From: Trypethelium eluteriae
Lineage: Eukaryota
Length of the DNA: 64,000 bases
NCBI GenBank assembly: GCA_051942245.1
Contig: JAVECL010000004.1
Span: 62,001-126,000, forward strand
Direction of reading: 5' to 3'
The notes beneath the pieces were generated by a model, which was not told the DNA's origin, made no database searches, and worked only from the letters and a program-made list of their open reading frames with translations. Below are positions 63,261 to 64,000 of this stretch, in pieces. Position 1 is the stretch's first letter, and every line of letters begins with the position of its first letter. The translations under genes and the position numbers were made by a program.

Positions 63261-64000
63261 AAGATAGGAGGCCAATATAAAGGTCAGGGATTAGATCAAC
63301 TTAGATTAAGATTAAGAATAAATCAAGGATCTTTGGGAACCAAGGTTCTTCCATTTGTGCAGCAAGGTACAATAATATCCACAACTCTCTACAAATTAGA
63401 CAAATCAGGCGTATATAGTAAAGTAGGTCAACAGCAAGGCGGATTGGTTTGCAACTTTCAAATTGGGCAATAAAAGTGGTGCAAACTGTGTGAAACAGTG
63501 AAAATTGTAGTTTGACTAGTAAATTTGGTGAGGTGTGTGAATTTTGACGTTGCGCGGGGGATTTGGTGGATCAAGTCTTAATCCCACAACGTTGGGCGGT
63601 CTAGCAGAAGCATGCTCGACAGAGCCGACAAATTTTGACAGGACAACAAACCAACCTCTAGACTGATATGTTAGTGCTCAAGATGCAGGAACGCAGGTCT
63701 GCTAAATGTCACTCGGCCGAAAATTAATGTTTAGATCTCGATCCATTCGTAGGGAGTGTGCTCAAAGTGCTGGCTAGATGATGATCAAGTCTGTGCAGTC
63801 AAGTACAGTAAGGTTAGAAGGCTGGCACTGAAACAGACGATGGAGAAGAATCCAGTAGTGTTTTGGGAGACTGGAGAGCTTTGTCTTGCTGTTGTCAGAA
63901 TAACGGCATTTCAAGAGCACTCAACGCAGTTGGTGAGCGTCGACTTGTTGAACAGAGTTTGGTACAAGTTTTGCATACCCTGTAGAGCATCGAGAATGTG

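Larger units (their letters stand above)
62595..63592. mobile_element. Non-autonomous foldback/MITE-like DNA element (~1 kb) with long terminal inverted repeats
   Basis: 62605-62685 aligns ungapped to the reverse complement of 63501-63581 at 66/81 identity (manual count). No transposase ORF. It encloses inverted minisatellite arrays. The outer boundaries are approximate. Confidence 0.78.

Noticed and set aside
1..64000. tRNA or rRNA genes
   Set aside because: The GTTCGA-like T-loop matches I inspected did not fold into cloverleafs and no rRNA-like sequence was seen. This was a manual scan only, and tRNAscan-SE would be decisive.

Overview
Gene-dense genomic DNA from a filamentous ascomycete (Pezizomycotina), inferred from short GT-AG introns with CTRAY-type branch points and fungal gene families. 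I can support 20 protein genes, most of them spliced. In order they are: an MFS transporter, an Osh/OSBP lipid-transfer protein, a 2-hydroxyacid dehydrogenase ending SKL, an F-box-like protein, RNA Pol III C34, a FYVE-RING ligase, a TRP/FLC-type membrane protein, a Zn2Cys6 transcription factor, a mitochondrial RNase II (Dss1/cyt-4 type), molybdopterin synthase small subunit (cnxG), exosome Rrp41, an MJ1316/DUF504 protein, a 2xcNMP/F-box/LRR protein, a Zn alcohol dehydrogenase ending AKL, a glycine-zipper protein, a SAM methyltransferase, an HMT1-type ABC half-transporter, Rtc1/Sea2 and a secreted tyrosinase-like enzyme. Highlights not visible in the ORF track: (1) a box C/D snoRNA with a U45/SNORD45-type 18S guide inside a predicted 5'-leader intron of cnxG; (2) a ~1 kb non-autonomous foldback/MITE-like element with ~81-bp TIRs enclosing two oppositely oriented 19-bp minisatellite arrays; (3) an MJ1316 RNA-end-recognition protein apparently lacking a catalytic domain, tail-to-tail with RRP41; (4) a TACGGAGTA 9-mer recurring upstream of six gene starts; (5) two predicted GAG 3' splice sites. 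Exon boundaries were read by eye and no database searches were run.
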